From Macrostomum lignano (taxonomy: Eukaryota), in contig NIVC01002414.1 of NCBI GenBank assembly GCA_002269645.1, forward strand, positions 74,938-138,937: a DNA stretch of 64,000 nucleotides, read 5' to 3'. This document shows, one piece after another, positions 50,976 to 62,782 of this stretch. Both the position numbers and the translations under genes were made by a program. A model generated the notes under the pieces. The model saw nothing but the letters and a program-made list of their open reading frames with translations, made no database searches and was not told where the DNA came from. Every line of letters starts with the position of its first letter. The stretch's first letter is position 1.

Positions 50976-52318
50976 ATTGATAGCAGACTTGCAGCTGATA
51001 GTCGACAGATAAATAAGCAGTGGATAATAAGCAAAAGGGAATAATATACAATGGGGATATTTATGTACAAAGAGTTTGCAATTTCTAGCGAAACAAATGA
51101 AAATAGCTTAGAAATTGTCGCACAAAGGCAGAATCAAAGTTAACCGATTTGGGGCCTGAGAAAATGAAACGCATCCTTAAATACTTTTCAACAGGCCAGG
51201 TTTTGGCCAGCAGGGCCAAAAGCTGGGTAATAACAGATTCACCACCCCCCGCCGCGCACTCCAATTGAGGTTATGCAGAGAAACTGGGGGAAAGGGAGGA
51301 GTCATAAAAATTGGTAAACCACGAGATAGGGGTGCGGTGCCGCCTTGTCTAAAAATCTTAGGCTGGGCTTCGGATTGATGAAAACGAGAAGGCCCCAATT
51401 GGGCTCACAAGAACAGGGGTCGCTTGTGAAACTATAGAGTCGCAAACACAAGTTTTAGAATTACACAAATGGTGGCAAAAGAACAAAATCGAGGTGCCTA
51501 ACCAACATTTATATAGAAATAGCAGAATAAGAGATAATAACTGAAAAAAAGGCATGCAGGTCTCCGTAAGGAGCTATACAAACAGAGGGGAGGAAAGGCA
51601 CTGGGAAGATTTTCCCAGGCTCGGCTCAATCGGAACAGAAAATGGGAGCCTCGATTCACCATGGCCTTGAACAAAGAGGGCCTGATCCGGGTGCGGCAGG
51701 ACAAAGAGTTAAACCGACTGGTTGAAAAGTACCTTTAGTTTGAAAACTGAGCTGAGAAGGTTTTACAAAGAAATTTAAAAATTGTTATGCAATTATGTTA
51801 CAAAGATGAGCAAAAATTTCAGCACTTTGGGCATGTGCGAAGAAATTATAGCTAAATTTCACAGAACAGCAAGAGGAAATTCACGCAAAGCTGTAGTATT
51901 GCAGGTGGATAAATAGAGGTGCATTAGTGCGGGCTTTTACCGGAAAGCCTAAGGCTAAATATAAGGGTGCAGGCTTATCATAATGCATCGCATAAGCATG
52001 AGCATGTAGAAACATAGCTTATAGCTTTTATCCAGAAAGCTTAAGGAGAGGGGAATGAAACCGCTTTGACAGGAAGCAAAGGTTACATTAAAGAATCTGC
52101 TTTTACCCTCAAGCATAAGGTTTACAGTAGAGAAATTGCTTTTTCCTTCAAGCATAAGGTTTACAGTAGAGAAATTTGAAGTAACCTTCAGCACATTAGT
52201 GGGTGCAGAGAAGGTTTTACAGTGGCAGGGAAAATAAACGCATTCGCAAATGTGACTATTGACAGTAGTGCGCAGAATAAAATTCGCAGAAAAAGGCGCA
52301 TATGGAGAAATTTCGCGG

Positions 52319-55300
52319 TTAATTACCTTGAATTTTGACCTCCATTCCAATGTCTGGCAGGTCCGGATCGTCTTCTTCTAGCACTTTGGGATGGCGCAGG
52401 CTCGACTCAAAGAGCTGGCTGCCTCGCAGATCAGGCTGAGCAGCGGTCTGCGGCTCCGGTGCGGGCTGATTAACTGAATCTGTTTCGCTTTCCTTGCTGG
52501 ACTCGTAGGGCAACATCGGCCGTTCAGTTTGTTGCGGCGGCTCCTGCGGTCGTTCAGCCATTGTTTGCGGCACTTTGATAATATTGTTCCGGTGTACAAG
52601 CACTTCAGTTGGGCATCCTCGTGCTGTGGCAGGTCTGATCCAATAGGCAACTTTGCCAACTTTCTTCACAACTTTATACATGCTCTTATATGGCCAGTGA
52701 AACTTGGGCAACTCTCCCAGCTTGAGCTTCGGGTTGGCCAGGCAGACAAGATCTCCGGGCTGCAGTTCCACAGGTTTTGGCTGGTTCTCATAGTACTCTT
52801 CTCGGCATTGGATTTCTGCTCTCAGTCGCTGTCTCACAATACGTTCAGTTTTGGCCAGTCTACGCTGATGTTTGGCAATGTACTCCGGGAGGTCAGCTGA
52901 TATGTCTAGGCGGTCCAGGGTGTTGTCGATAGGATATTGGTAGGGCACTCCATAAACAACATAGTGCGGCGAGAACCCGGTAGTACAATTGACAGCAGAT
53001 CTTAGTGCAGTCAAAGCGGCTGGCAGCATCTTGTCCCACTGTTGATGATCTTCTAGGAGACAGGTGAGCACCTTCTTAATATTCTTCTTACACGATTCGG
53101 CTTGTCCGTTTGCCCAGGGCGAGTATGGTGGCGTCGTTGTCTGCCTGATGCCGTAGACTTCGCAGAAGTGTCGGAACTCATGCCCTGTAAACTGCTTGCC
53201 TTGATCTGAATGAATCCAAGCAGGGATTCTGGTGATTGGAAAGACTTGCTCTTGCAGGAGCGTGATTATTGTTTTGGCACGCTGGTTCTTCATGGCGAAG
53301 GTAAAGGGGTACTTCGAGGTGGTGTCGACATAGGTGAAGATGTACTTCTTGCCTTGATTTGTCGGATCTCCAGTGGGGCCCAGGATGTCGATCGCGCATC
53401 GCCCATAGATTTTGCAGACCGGGAACGATTGTACATGTGCCGGAATTCGTTGCCGTCCTTTGCTTAAAGTGCAGGTCTAGCAGGAAGCAACGTAGTCGGA
53501 CACTGCTTTGGCCAAGGCAGGTCGCCAGAATCTTTCGCACACTTTAGTGATGGTAAGGTCTTGGCCCATGTGTCTGCAGTAGGGCGAACCATGCAAGTCG
53601 GCAAACACGGTGGCATCGAGACTCTTTGGCAGGATGATTTGCGCTTTGTCCTCTTCTCCGATATTGTCGAGATGTATAACCAATAGTCCATCGTCTCGGA
53701 CTTCTAATTGCTCATAAAATGCTAACAGATTTCGCTTGTCTCTTGTCATGTTCAGACGTTGGTTTATTGGCAGTTTCAGTTGTCGGGTTTCCAATAGATT
53801 GATCACCATGGCGATGGCAGAGTCAGCACGCTGATAGGTCTGGAGCTCCTTGCAAGTGACTGGCCTCGGGATATGATCTATTAGATTCAGAGTACGGCAT
53901 CTGTCTATAGGATTTGCTGGCGTGGCATCGGCTGTGGCGGCATGGTTCGGGGTCAGGAGCTCCCTATGCATGGTCGCTACTTGGACCAGTGGCCGGGCTG
54001 TTGCTGTATTTGAAGGCCAATCCATGTCGGTGGCTTTGGCGTCACTGTCGTTGGAGTTTGAATCGTCAGCAGATAATGATGAGTCAGTGGAGCTGTCGGC
54101 GTCACTGCTGAATCTCACCTTCTTGAACTTAGGGTAGCAAGCGGGTTGGCAGCAGTCATCTCTGGCTGCACTGTGGTCGCTGTCCTCATCACCTTTAGCT
54201 AGTAATCGGCGGCTCCTAGTGGGGCAACATGTCGAACTGCTAAAGCTGGTGGGCGACCTCTGAGTCCCGATAACAATTGGCAGTTGGCCTCGGCTTCGTT
54301 GCCGGCGGTTGCAGCTCTGTCAGCGGCTTGCTGTCAGCTGTCAGTGTTGCTGGCGGCGTAGCCTCGCCATTGGACTCATTTGATTTCATCGGTGGCTTTC
54401 GTCGGTGACGGCGGGTTGGTCGCTTCTTGCTTGGTGGAGGACTAGGGTGGTTGCTGTCATGGACCTTTGGCGCCGCTGCGCCAGTTATCGCGGCTGGCTG
54501 CTTACTTTGGTCCTCGACTGCGGCCTCACGCTGGGCCTCCTCCATGCATTTAGCATTGTCCTCGGGCCATCTAGAAAGGCTGTCGGCGTTCTGATGCTAA
54601 CTTAATTTTCGGTGCTGGATCTCGAACTCTAATTTGCTCAGGCGTTATAGCCATCTTCCAAAGATTCCTATTTGTTGAGTTTGCCTTAAGATCCAGGTTA
54701 ATGCGGCATGGTCGGTTCGGCAGATGAACTTCTTGGCTAGCAGGTAGAAGCGGAAATGTCGCATTCCGTCTATGACTGCCAATAGTTCTTGCTTTGTAAT
54801 CGGATAGTGGGCTTCGGCTGGCTTGAGTCGCCGGGAGAAATAGCCAATTGGGTGCTCGATTCCATCAGCTTGGCTTTGGCTCAGGCAGGCTCCAATCCTG
54901 GTCGCAGAAGCATCCGTGTCCAAGATAAACGTTACTTCAGGATCCTCGCTGAACTGCAGATATGCAAGCACTGATGTTGAAGTCATAGCGGCCTTGAGCT
55001 GGTCAAACGCATCTTGTTGGGCTTTTCCCCATAGACAATTGAAATTCCAAATTTTCTTTTCTTTGATCAAATCATGGAGCGGAGCTGCAAGTTCTGCGTA
55101 GCCGGGTACAAATTTAGCATAATAAGTGCACGCGCAGACAAAGCTTTTGAGTTGGCGGGCTGTTCTTGGTCTTGGCCAAGTTTTGATTGCTTCAATTTTT
55201 GCCAGGTTGGTCTTGATGCCGTCCTTAGTTACTAGGTGTCCCAAATAATTTAGACTTTCCCGAAATAAATGGCACTTCTTGCCTTTGAACTTTAAGTTGG

Positions 55301-56915
55301 CATCTTGCACTCATTTGAAAACCTCTTCCATATGTTGAAGATGGTCGTTGAACTTCTTGGAGTAGACAATGACATCATCTAAATAGGCAATTGCACTTTT
55401 GTAGGCTATCCCGTTGAGCACAGCATTCATAAGTCTCATGAAGCTGGCTGGAGCTGAGCTGAGTCCCATGGGCATAACATTATAGGCGAATTGTCCGCAG
55501 TGCAGCGTGGCGAAGGCAGTCAGATCTTGATCTTCTGGACGCAGTGGAATCTGATAGTAGCCACTGTTTAAATCGAATGTACTAAACAGCTGGCTTCCTT
55601 CGAGGCTGGCGAATGCTTCTTGAATGTTATGAATCGGGTAAGGAAAGTACTCACATTTCTAGTTTAAGCTCCGAAAGTCTTGTACAATCCTCAGGCTGCC
55701 GTCCTTCTTCGGGATGATCACCAGTGGGGTGTTGTAGCTGGAAAAACTTGGTCTGATCACACCTTTGGCAAGAAGATCATCTAGCAGCTGATCCACCTTT
55801 GGTAACAGATGTGGCAGAATCTTTCGCATTGGCAGGTGTACCGGATACTTGTCCTTTAGTACGATGTTATGGGTGACCAGATGAGTTTGGCCGAGATCGT
55901 GTGGCCCTTGGGAAAAGATGTTATTATACTTCTTTAGCAGCTCAATGACTTGAGCGTGCTGGTCACTAGACAGGTCCTCGCCGATATCGATCTCCTTGAT
56001 CCAAGTGTCCGGATCTTCATCTTGGATTTGCTTGACGGAATCTTCTGACTTCAGTAGTGGGAAGAACTGTAGCTCGGGCAGTCTTGCTATCCCGACTAGG
56101 GCATTCGCTCGCACTTTGATGGCTGTAGTGCCTCGATTGATCATCTCAATTGCGCCTTCTCCATTCGCCATTGATATCAAGGCAGGCATGGCGTCCAGAT
56201 GCTGCACATTGTCTTCGTGCCAAGCCGGTTTCAGCGGCTCAATCACAGCGGGTGTCCCTTGGTTTTCTTTGGATCCTTTTGCTAATTTGATTTTGATTTG
56301 GGCTGAAGATAATGGTGGCACAGTAGTGCTCTCAGCTGTATAAATTCTGCACGTGGTAGCTTCAGTTCGCGTGTAGCAAAGTGGTGCGGCAGTGCCGTCC
56401 TTGAAAAACAGCATCCCGGCAGCGAGATCTAGTGAGGTGCTGTACTTCTCTAGAAACTCGAAACCTAGGATGTTGTCGTGAGATCCGACTAGTAGAAACT
56501 TAACTGTCGGCTCAAAACTTCCGATTTTAACTTTCATAGTTAGTTGGCCTGCCATCTGAATTGGTTCGCCATTGTAGGTCACGATGTGTTGTTGGCAGGG
56601 CTCAATTTGGCCACGCAGGGTTGGGTCATCAGTACATAAACGGTGCCAGGTGCTGAGTCTTAAGACTTTGCACTTGGAGCCAGTGTCAAGTAGAAAAGCA
56701 AAATAGCGGCCCTGAATCTCACCAGTTAGAAATGGATCCCTTTGAGGTTGCTTGGGTGCAGAGTTCTGCACAGGTGCGGAGGCGGTCTTAGCAGGGGACT
56801 TTAGTGCTGGCGCGGCTGCTGGATGGTGCTGCCCCCAATGGCGCGTCCAGCCATCGCGTTTCCCAAGCTGCCGTTGTGCTGGGATGCGGTGCTGGCCAAC
56901 CATCGGTGTGGGCAC
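52319..56915 (-). pseudogene. pol: Gypsy pol (protease-RT-RNase H-integrase), disrupted by stops and frameshifts
   Basis: Protease FLLDTGS; RT GSLRIVQDFRSLN, MPMGLSSAPASF and YLDD (55374-55385); RNase H DTDAS..ELLAV..TDH; integrase HHCC (HGSPYCRH..C) and core IHSDQGKQF..NGQAES. Confidence 0.93.
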
Positions 56916-58035
56916 TCGACGGCGCGGTGCTCACGGTTGCACCTGTAACACATTGCACTCTGCCGCCGCAACTGATAAGGCGGCTGGCGCAAACTCGACT
57001 GTTGCTGCGGCTGCTGCTGCAGCTGCCGACGTTGACCTCCTGCTGGCGGCGTTCTCGGCGGCGGGTTGCTACTGCGCGGGGTTGCTGAAGTTGATGGAAC
57101 TGCTGATGCTGCACATGGTGTGTGCCGGGTGTCGTAAATTGTGCGCTTCCGTTGGCGCTGCGGCGAGGAGTTGTAGGTACCAAACATCTGGAGCGTTGGC
57201 CCCACAAGTCCCGCGGCTGATGGCAAGCTGGTTTCTATGGCTCCGGGGTGTCGTTGTCGCGCGATCCCCACAAGTAGAACTCTCGCATTTCATTGCTTAG
57301 CGTTTCAAGAATTCGTTGCTGCTCCTGCAGAGTCTCAGTTTGTTGTTCCATCACTTCACGCAACCAGTTTTCCTCGGGTCGAGATGACTTGGCGTCGTGT
57401 TGCGCCACAGTGGGTGTCTGACTGTTGTCATTCTCGAGAACTCGTACATGTCTCGCTGCTGGCAGCGGTGCTACTCGCTGAGCCAAGCTAGCTGCTGTCT
57501 CTAGGCATAGCACAGCCCTTCTCGCAGCAGTCGGATTCTGCAGTCTCACCAGGAATAGCTGTTCTCGAGCCGACTGGGCAATTCGCACTCCTACCGTGAA
57601 CTGGTCCACCAGCTCAGCTTGCTTTTGCACCAGAGTAAAGTGCAGGAACGCTTTGTCGGCCAGAGCAATTAATCAATCGCCATAGTCATCTACGCTCTCA
57701 TTCTTGCCTTGTTGGCAGCTTCGGAATTGCTCGGGATACTCCAGCGTGTTGGCCACGTGCGTGAACCGCTCAGACAACCGCTGTTTGAACTCACTCACCA
57801 AACGTTAGGTTGTCTGGCAGCTCCATCCTGACGACTGCGGGATAGGTTGTGGCAATGTCCAAATTCACAAGGACCTCCGCCTTCTTACGTCTGTTGTCTG
57901 TGATCCCGTTGAGCTCGCATCGCTCCTCCAGGGCCTGGATCCAGACATCAAATTCCTGGTTCTGAGTGTACCATTGAATCTTGACCAGTTTTGGCGCTGG
58001 AGCTCGATCCTGCTGCTGGGGCTGCTTTCTTTTCT

Positions 58036-61000
58036 TCACTCCGACCTCCGACCGCCCGCAGGCGGCCGGGGCGGGGCCGGGTGGCCGCCAGGGTCGTCGA
58101 TGGGCGGCTCGGTCCGACCCACCCTCTTGAGGTAGTCACAGATGAGGGCGCCGCCACCCTCGAGAATGTCGTTCCAGGAAATGACCACCCCGCCCCAGGT
58201 GCGGATGCGGGCCTGGTGGTGGCAGGGGCAGTAGAGCATAAGATGATCGACCGAGTCTGGTTCTCCGCAGTCGGCGCATTGGTCGTTCTGAGCGAGGCCG
58301 AACCGACACAGGGTGTCGCGAGTCAGGGGGGATTTCTTAGTGCGGATTTGGCTGACCGTCACCTGGCCCCACCTGGGAAGGTCATCGTGGCCTGGCGTCA
58401 GAGTCAGGTGCGGATGCGTGCGGTCCCACGCAGTTCTCCAATTGGGCAGTACGTGGCGGACGGCATTTTTGGCGGAGGCCTGGGAAAGTTACGTGGTGTT
58501 CGGTTCCAATTCTGCAGCTTCGCGGGCGAGGGCGTCCGCTGCCTTGTTACCAGCAATGTCCGCGTGGCCAGGAACCCATTGGAAGTGGAGCCTGGTCTGA
58601 GCTGGGAGGTCGGTGATGAGTTGCCAGATCGTGAGGACGAGCGAATTAGTAGAACGGTACGGGCCTTGGTTGATGGCCTGAAGGCCTGATAGTGAGTCGG
58701 TACAGATGTGAACCGAGAGCCGCGGGTTGCCGATGGTGTCGAGGGTTTGACTTAGGGCTCTTATCGCTGCCTCGATGGCGACCAATTCAGTATGGGTGCT
58801 ACTGCACCACTTTCCGGCTTGCTGGCGGATGGACATGCGGAGTGCCTCGATGGATTCGGCAGTGAGGAGAGCACCTCCGCCGGCAGCAGCGCCGTCCGGG
58901 CTAACGGAGCCGTCCGTCCAGATGGTGCAGTCGGCGCTCGGTAACAGGGCCAAGGTGGCTTCTGCCGCAGCACGGCGGGCCTCCAGTGGGTCGGATCTTT
59001 TGGTCGGCCGGGCGAGATCGGTAGCGATGGTGATCACCTGGTCGGCTAAGTGCCACGGCGGGAGAGCCGGGTAGTGCTGGCGGTCTATGTCTCCGATGTG
59101 GATACCGGCAAGGCTCAGGAGCCACAGGCCTACTCGTCTGAAGCATGGCCGGTGACTCAAGACGATGTCTTCATCGTGGAGGTCCGTGTCGACGGGCCGG
59201 TCCACTGGGCCTTCACGCTCCCAAGCTTCGTGGGCTCTGTAGCGGAGGCGAGGGGCGACTTAGGCTACCATAAGGGTACGGGCCGGGTCGTCGTCCGGTA
59301 GGCCGAGCAGGCGAATGAATTCGTTTGCGGCTAAGGTTTTGGCTCGGATGCTGAGGGCTGGTAGTCCGGCCTCGGCGAGTAGGCAGCGTCATCTCGTGAT
59401 GCCCAGACAGCTGGTAATAATTCTGGCGCATTTGTTTTGCTCGGCCTCGAGTTTGAGGCACGCCGTTGGTGCCGCATGATTGAAGTATAGTGCCGCTCCG
59501 TAGTCAAAAACCGACCGTACGTAGGCCATGTAGGCCGCACGTAGGGTGCGATGGTGGGCGCCATAGCTCTTGCCAGCGAGCACTTGGATGCATCGACGTC
59601 GGTCGGCCATTTTCTGTCGGACCATCTCAGTGTGTGGCGAGAAGGTGAGTTGGTCATCCAGCTTGAGTCCTAGGAATGTCGGCGTGGGGTCATAGGCGAG
59701 GTCGTGGTTTTCAAGTCGCAGAGCGGGTCGGACTTTGCCGCCGCACTCGGTAGGATCGAGGGTAAAGGTTGAGTAGGCACACTTGGAGTGGCTGAGGCTC
59801 ACTTTCCATTTACGGGTCCAGGCAGCCGCTTGGTCAAGGGCGGGTTGCAGTTTGTCAGCGCAGGCAGCGAGGGAGCGTCCTGTGGCAAGTAGCGCGGTAT
59901 CGTCTGCGAAAAGTGAGCGGTGTACGTTCTCGGCCATCTCGGCATCAATGTCGTAGGCATATATAAGCCAAAGGAGGGGGGCGATCATGGATCCTTGCGG
60001 GAGGCCGTCCGTGAAAACTCTCCAGTTCGAGGTCGCACTGCCCCATCTAACACGTGCACGACGGTCTGCAAGGAAGTTTCTCAGGTACCGAATCAGGTGC
60101 TTGGGAATACCTAGCCGGGCCATCTTGGCGTACAGGGCTGGTCGCCACACTTTATCGTATGCCTTAGCGAAGTCCAGGAGAACGAGGATAGCTCTCTCCG
60201 GTTTTCTCTGTTTGAAGGCGTCAAAGATGGCTTGGGTAATGCGGGCGAGCTGGTCCATGGTCGAGTGGCCTCGTCGGAAACCCGCTTGGTTCCGGTTGAG
60301 GAGGCCTCTGGTGTCCAGCCAGTGATAGAGTCTGTTTTGTAAGAGGCGCTCCATGAGTTTGCTGACGCAGCTAAGGAGAGATATAGGTCGGTAGGAGCTA
60401 GTGGCGCTCGGGTCTTTGTCTTTTTTCAGGATGGCGATGATTTCGGCCCGGCGCCAGGCAGTTGGGACTGAGCCAGTGAGCCAGCTACGGTTTAGTAGTT
60501 CCAGGAGGGCGTTCCGGCCTGCGTCGCCGAGTTGTTTGAGGAGTTCGTTGCAGACGCCGTCGGTTCCTGGTGATTTGCCAGTCTTGAGTTGATGGATCGC
60601 GACGTTGAGTTCGCCGATATTGAAAGGGCTGCAGATCTCCGTCCTCAGTCCGTTGCAGGGGCAGTCGTTGGTGTTGCTCGCCTTGTGTGCCTCGATGACG
60701 ACGGGTCTGTCTTCTGGTCTAGACTTTGGGAGCCGGGAGACCGTCGCGTAGTCGGCACAGAATAGTTCGGCTTTCTCTTTATCCGTGATGGCTTTGGCGG
60801 GTGGATTCCCGGGATCGTGGTTCTTGGTGAAGATAGTCGAGGGGGTGGCGGTCGGTCGTCGGCCGTCGCTTCTCGGAAGTGTAGGGTTTTCTCCTCCTGG
60901 ATGACTCACTCGGCAGTGGCCTTAGCGTCCTGGTACGCTTGGAGGGCCTGGGTATCCAGGGGGGCGGTCTGAACAGCCAGGCGTGCCGCTTCGCGGAGGT

Positions 61001-62382
61001 CGACAGCAGCTTGGCATTTCTCGTTCCAAAAAGGCGATCTCTGTCTGGGGCCGTCTCCGTAGGGGATAGATGACCTAGCGGCCTTCAAAATAGAGTCGGT
61101 GAGGGCTCGGTTGACGCTTTCGATGTGTGTGGGCGCTTGGATGTCGATTTGCTTGAGAAGTTCATCAGATTTTTTGTGGAACGCTGACCAGTCGGCTTTT
61201 TGAAATTGAAACGGCCCCTGCGGGATCGTTGGTGCGGGGGCGATTTCGTGGAGATCTTGATCCAGATAGGGAGGTGATCTGATCCGACATCGGCCCCTGT
61301 CTGCCAGGTGGTCCTGCCGGCCAGGTCGGCCGTGGCAAAGGTGACGTCCGGGGTTGATCGGCCTCCGGTGGCTGGGTTAATGCGAGTGCAGCTGCCGTCG
61401 TTGAGCAGAGCCAAGTTCAGGCGGCAGCTCCAGTCGTCTAGTTTTTGGCCTAGTGTGTCTTCGCGCTGGTGGCGGTCCCAGGCGGTCGCGTGGGCATTGA
61501 AGTCGCCTGCCACGATCGAGTTGGGGCCTACCGCAAGGGCCTCTGGGTTCATGTTTTGCTCGGGGGTGTTGTCCCTGAGGGCTCTAGTGGCCGGCGGCGA
61601 GTAGACGTTGATCAGCACGATGGGCTTGCTCGAAGTAGACGGGTAGATCGAGGTGGAGCTGCAGAAAGTGAGTTGGTCGGCAGGAGATTGGTACGGATTG
61701 TTGTGGGGTTCGAAAGGGACATCGTCACGAACGAGCGTGAGGATGCCCCCTTGGTTCGGCTGTCCGCGGCATTGGTCCGGGTTCTCGTAGTCAAGGCGGG
61801 CTGTGGCGTTGTAGCCTGAGAACTTTGGTGGGCGGGAGCTCGGTCGCAGGAAAGTTTCTTGAAGAAGGACCGCGTGGGGTTTGAGTCGGTCTAGGGTGGC
61901 GGCAAGCTCGGTCGTTCTCGCTCCGAGGCCATTGCAGTTAAGTTGGAGGATAACAATGTCGGTGGGCTTTTGGGTCAAGTCCGGTTCGGTTCTGTCGGTC
62001 TGACTGGTCGTGGTTTTGTCATTGTTGGCGTTAGGGCTCTGGGCGGCAGTTTGGCGTTGGCGGTGATCGCAGTGTTGGGCGTCTCGGCCGTGCCTGGTGG
62101 GCTGGAGCTGTTCGGTGTGCGGTTACAGGCTTCACAGACCCAGTTACTACCTTGTCTGGCGAGTCTCCTAATTTCAGTGTTGCTGATGTTAATACAGGCT
62201 CTGTGGGACCACGTGCGGCAGCAGGTGCACTCGAGGGCACTGACTCTGCCGACGTTTCGTCCGCATGATCCACACAGCCAGGTGGGTCCCAGATTGGGCT
62301 CGACGTCTCCGGCTCGGAGGACCAGGGACGCGAGGGCCAGGCAGGTGAGGGCCGGGACCAGGATGGTGAGCGACGTTCTCAT
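58036..62382 (-). pseudogene. LINE polyprotein: 2A-like peptide, PHD finger, APE endonuclease, RT, RNase H, CCHC finger (frameshifted)
   Basis: ATG at 62382. Motifs: DVEPNLGP; PHD CGSC..CTCC..HRAC..CEAC; APE QLNCNG, LQET, GDFNAH, SDH; RT GLPQGS and FADD; RNase H WTDGS..E..TDS..WVPGH..GN..AD; CADC..H..C. Confidence 0.92.
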
Positions 62383-62456
62383 GGGCGGAGGCTTCCCCCT
62401 GAAGCGGCCGGTAGTGCAGGCCGCAGGTGGCAGTCTCCAAAAGAGGTGAGTGTGAC

Positions 62457-62524
62457 TAGGACAATTGGCACAGAGGGAGGCCTCTGTGGCGCCACCCCCA
62501 CGGGAAGGGTGTCCTATTGACGAC
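62457..62524 (-). ncRNA. candidate HDV-like (CPEB3-type) self-cleaving ribozyme at the LINE 5' end
   Basis: Manual fold: P1 GUCGUC/GGUGGC, P2 UAGGACA/UGUCCUA, P3 CCC/GGG, L3 UUCCCGU, P4 CACAGAGG/CCUCUGUG, J4/2 CCAAU. G1 coincides with the element boundary. Confidence 0.8.
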
Positions 62525-62754
62525 TGCTGGGGCTGCTGGTACACGTGGTGATGGTGTTGTGGCTGGCCCAGGCTGTTCTGCTCCAAGCACCGGCGCACCT
62601 CGTCGGTCACCGCGCGAATCATCTCGTTGTAGGTCGGTCTGGTTGCTGAATTGTCTGAGCCCGCGACGTCGGCTGTCGCGTCCGCGGCCGTTGAATTAGT
62701 TGCTGAAGCCATAGCATTGTAGTTTCTAAATGACTCGTCAAATGGATTGTGGTG

Positions 62755-62781
62755 TTTCGATATCCCACTTAGCTGACACCA
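62755..62781 (-). promoter_or_regulatory. primer binding site complementary to tRNA-Leu 3' end
   Basis: The minus strand reads TGGTGTCAG-ct-AAGTGGGAT one nt after the LTR's terminal CA. This matches the complement of a tRNA-Leu end (..AUCCCACUUCUGACACCA) with a 2-nt insertion. Confidence 0.85.
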
Positions 62782-62782
62782 A

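Larger units (their letters stand above)
58027..62524 (-). mobile_element. full-length non-LTR retrotransposon, I-group/Ingi-like (4.5 kb)
   Basis: TSD TGCTGGGGCTGCT at 58014-58026 and 62525-62537 (14 bp if the shared C is included). The 3' tail is AGAAAAGAA. A single polyprotein carries APE, RT and RNase H. Confidence 0.95.
56801..62712 (-). pseudogene. gag: Gypsy gag, split by a LINE insertion (62712-62538 joined to 58026-56801)
   Basis: Removing the LINE restores ..HVYQQPQQQDRAPAPKLVK.. in frame. The Retrotrans_gag-like motif QQGKNESVDDY and zinc knuckle CYRCNREHRAVEC are present, along with a premature TGA and frameshifts. Confidence 0.85.

Noticed and set aside
51286-51301. Purine tract GGGGGAAAGGGAGGAG as a candidate PPT
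   Set aside because: It is on the wrong strand for a minus-strand element, so the PPT and internal LTR boundary remain unresolved.
57991-58689. Plus-strand ORFs antisense to the LINE and Gypsy (e.g. 232 aa)
   Set aside because: These are typical shadow ORFs of GC-rich coding sequence on the opposite strand.
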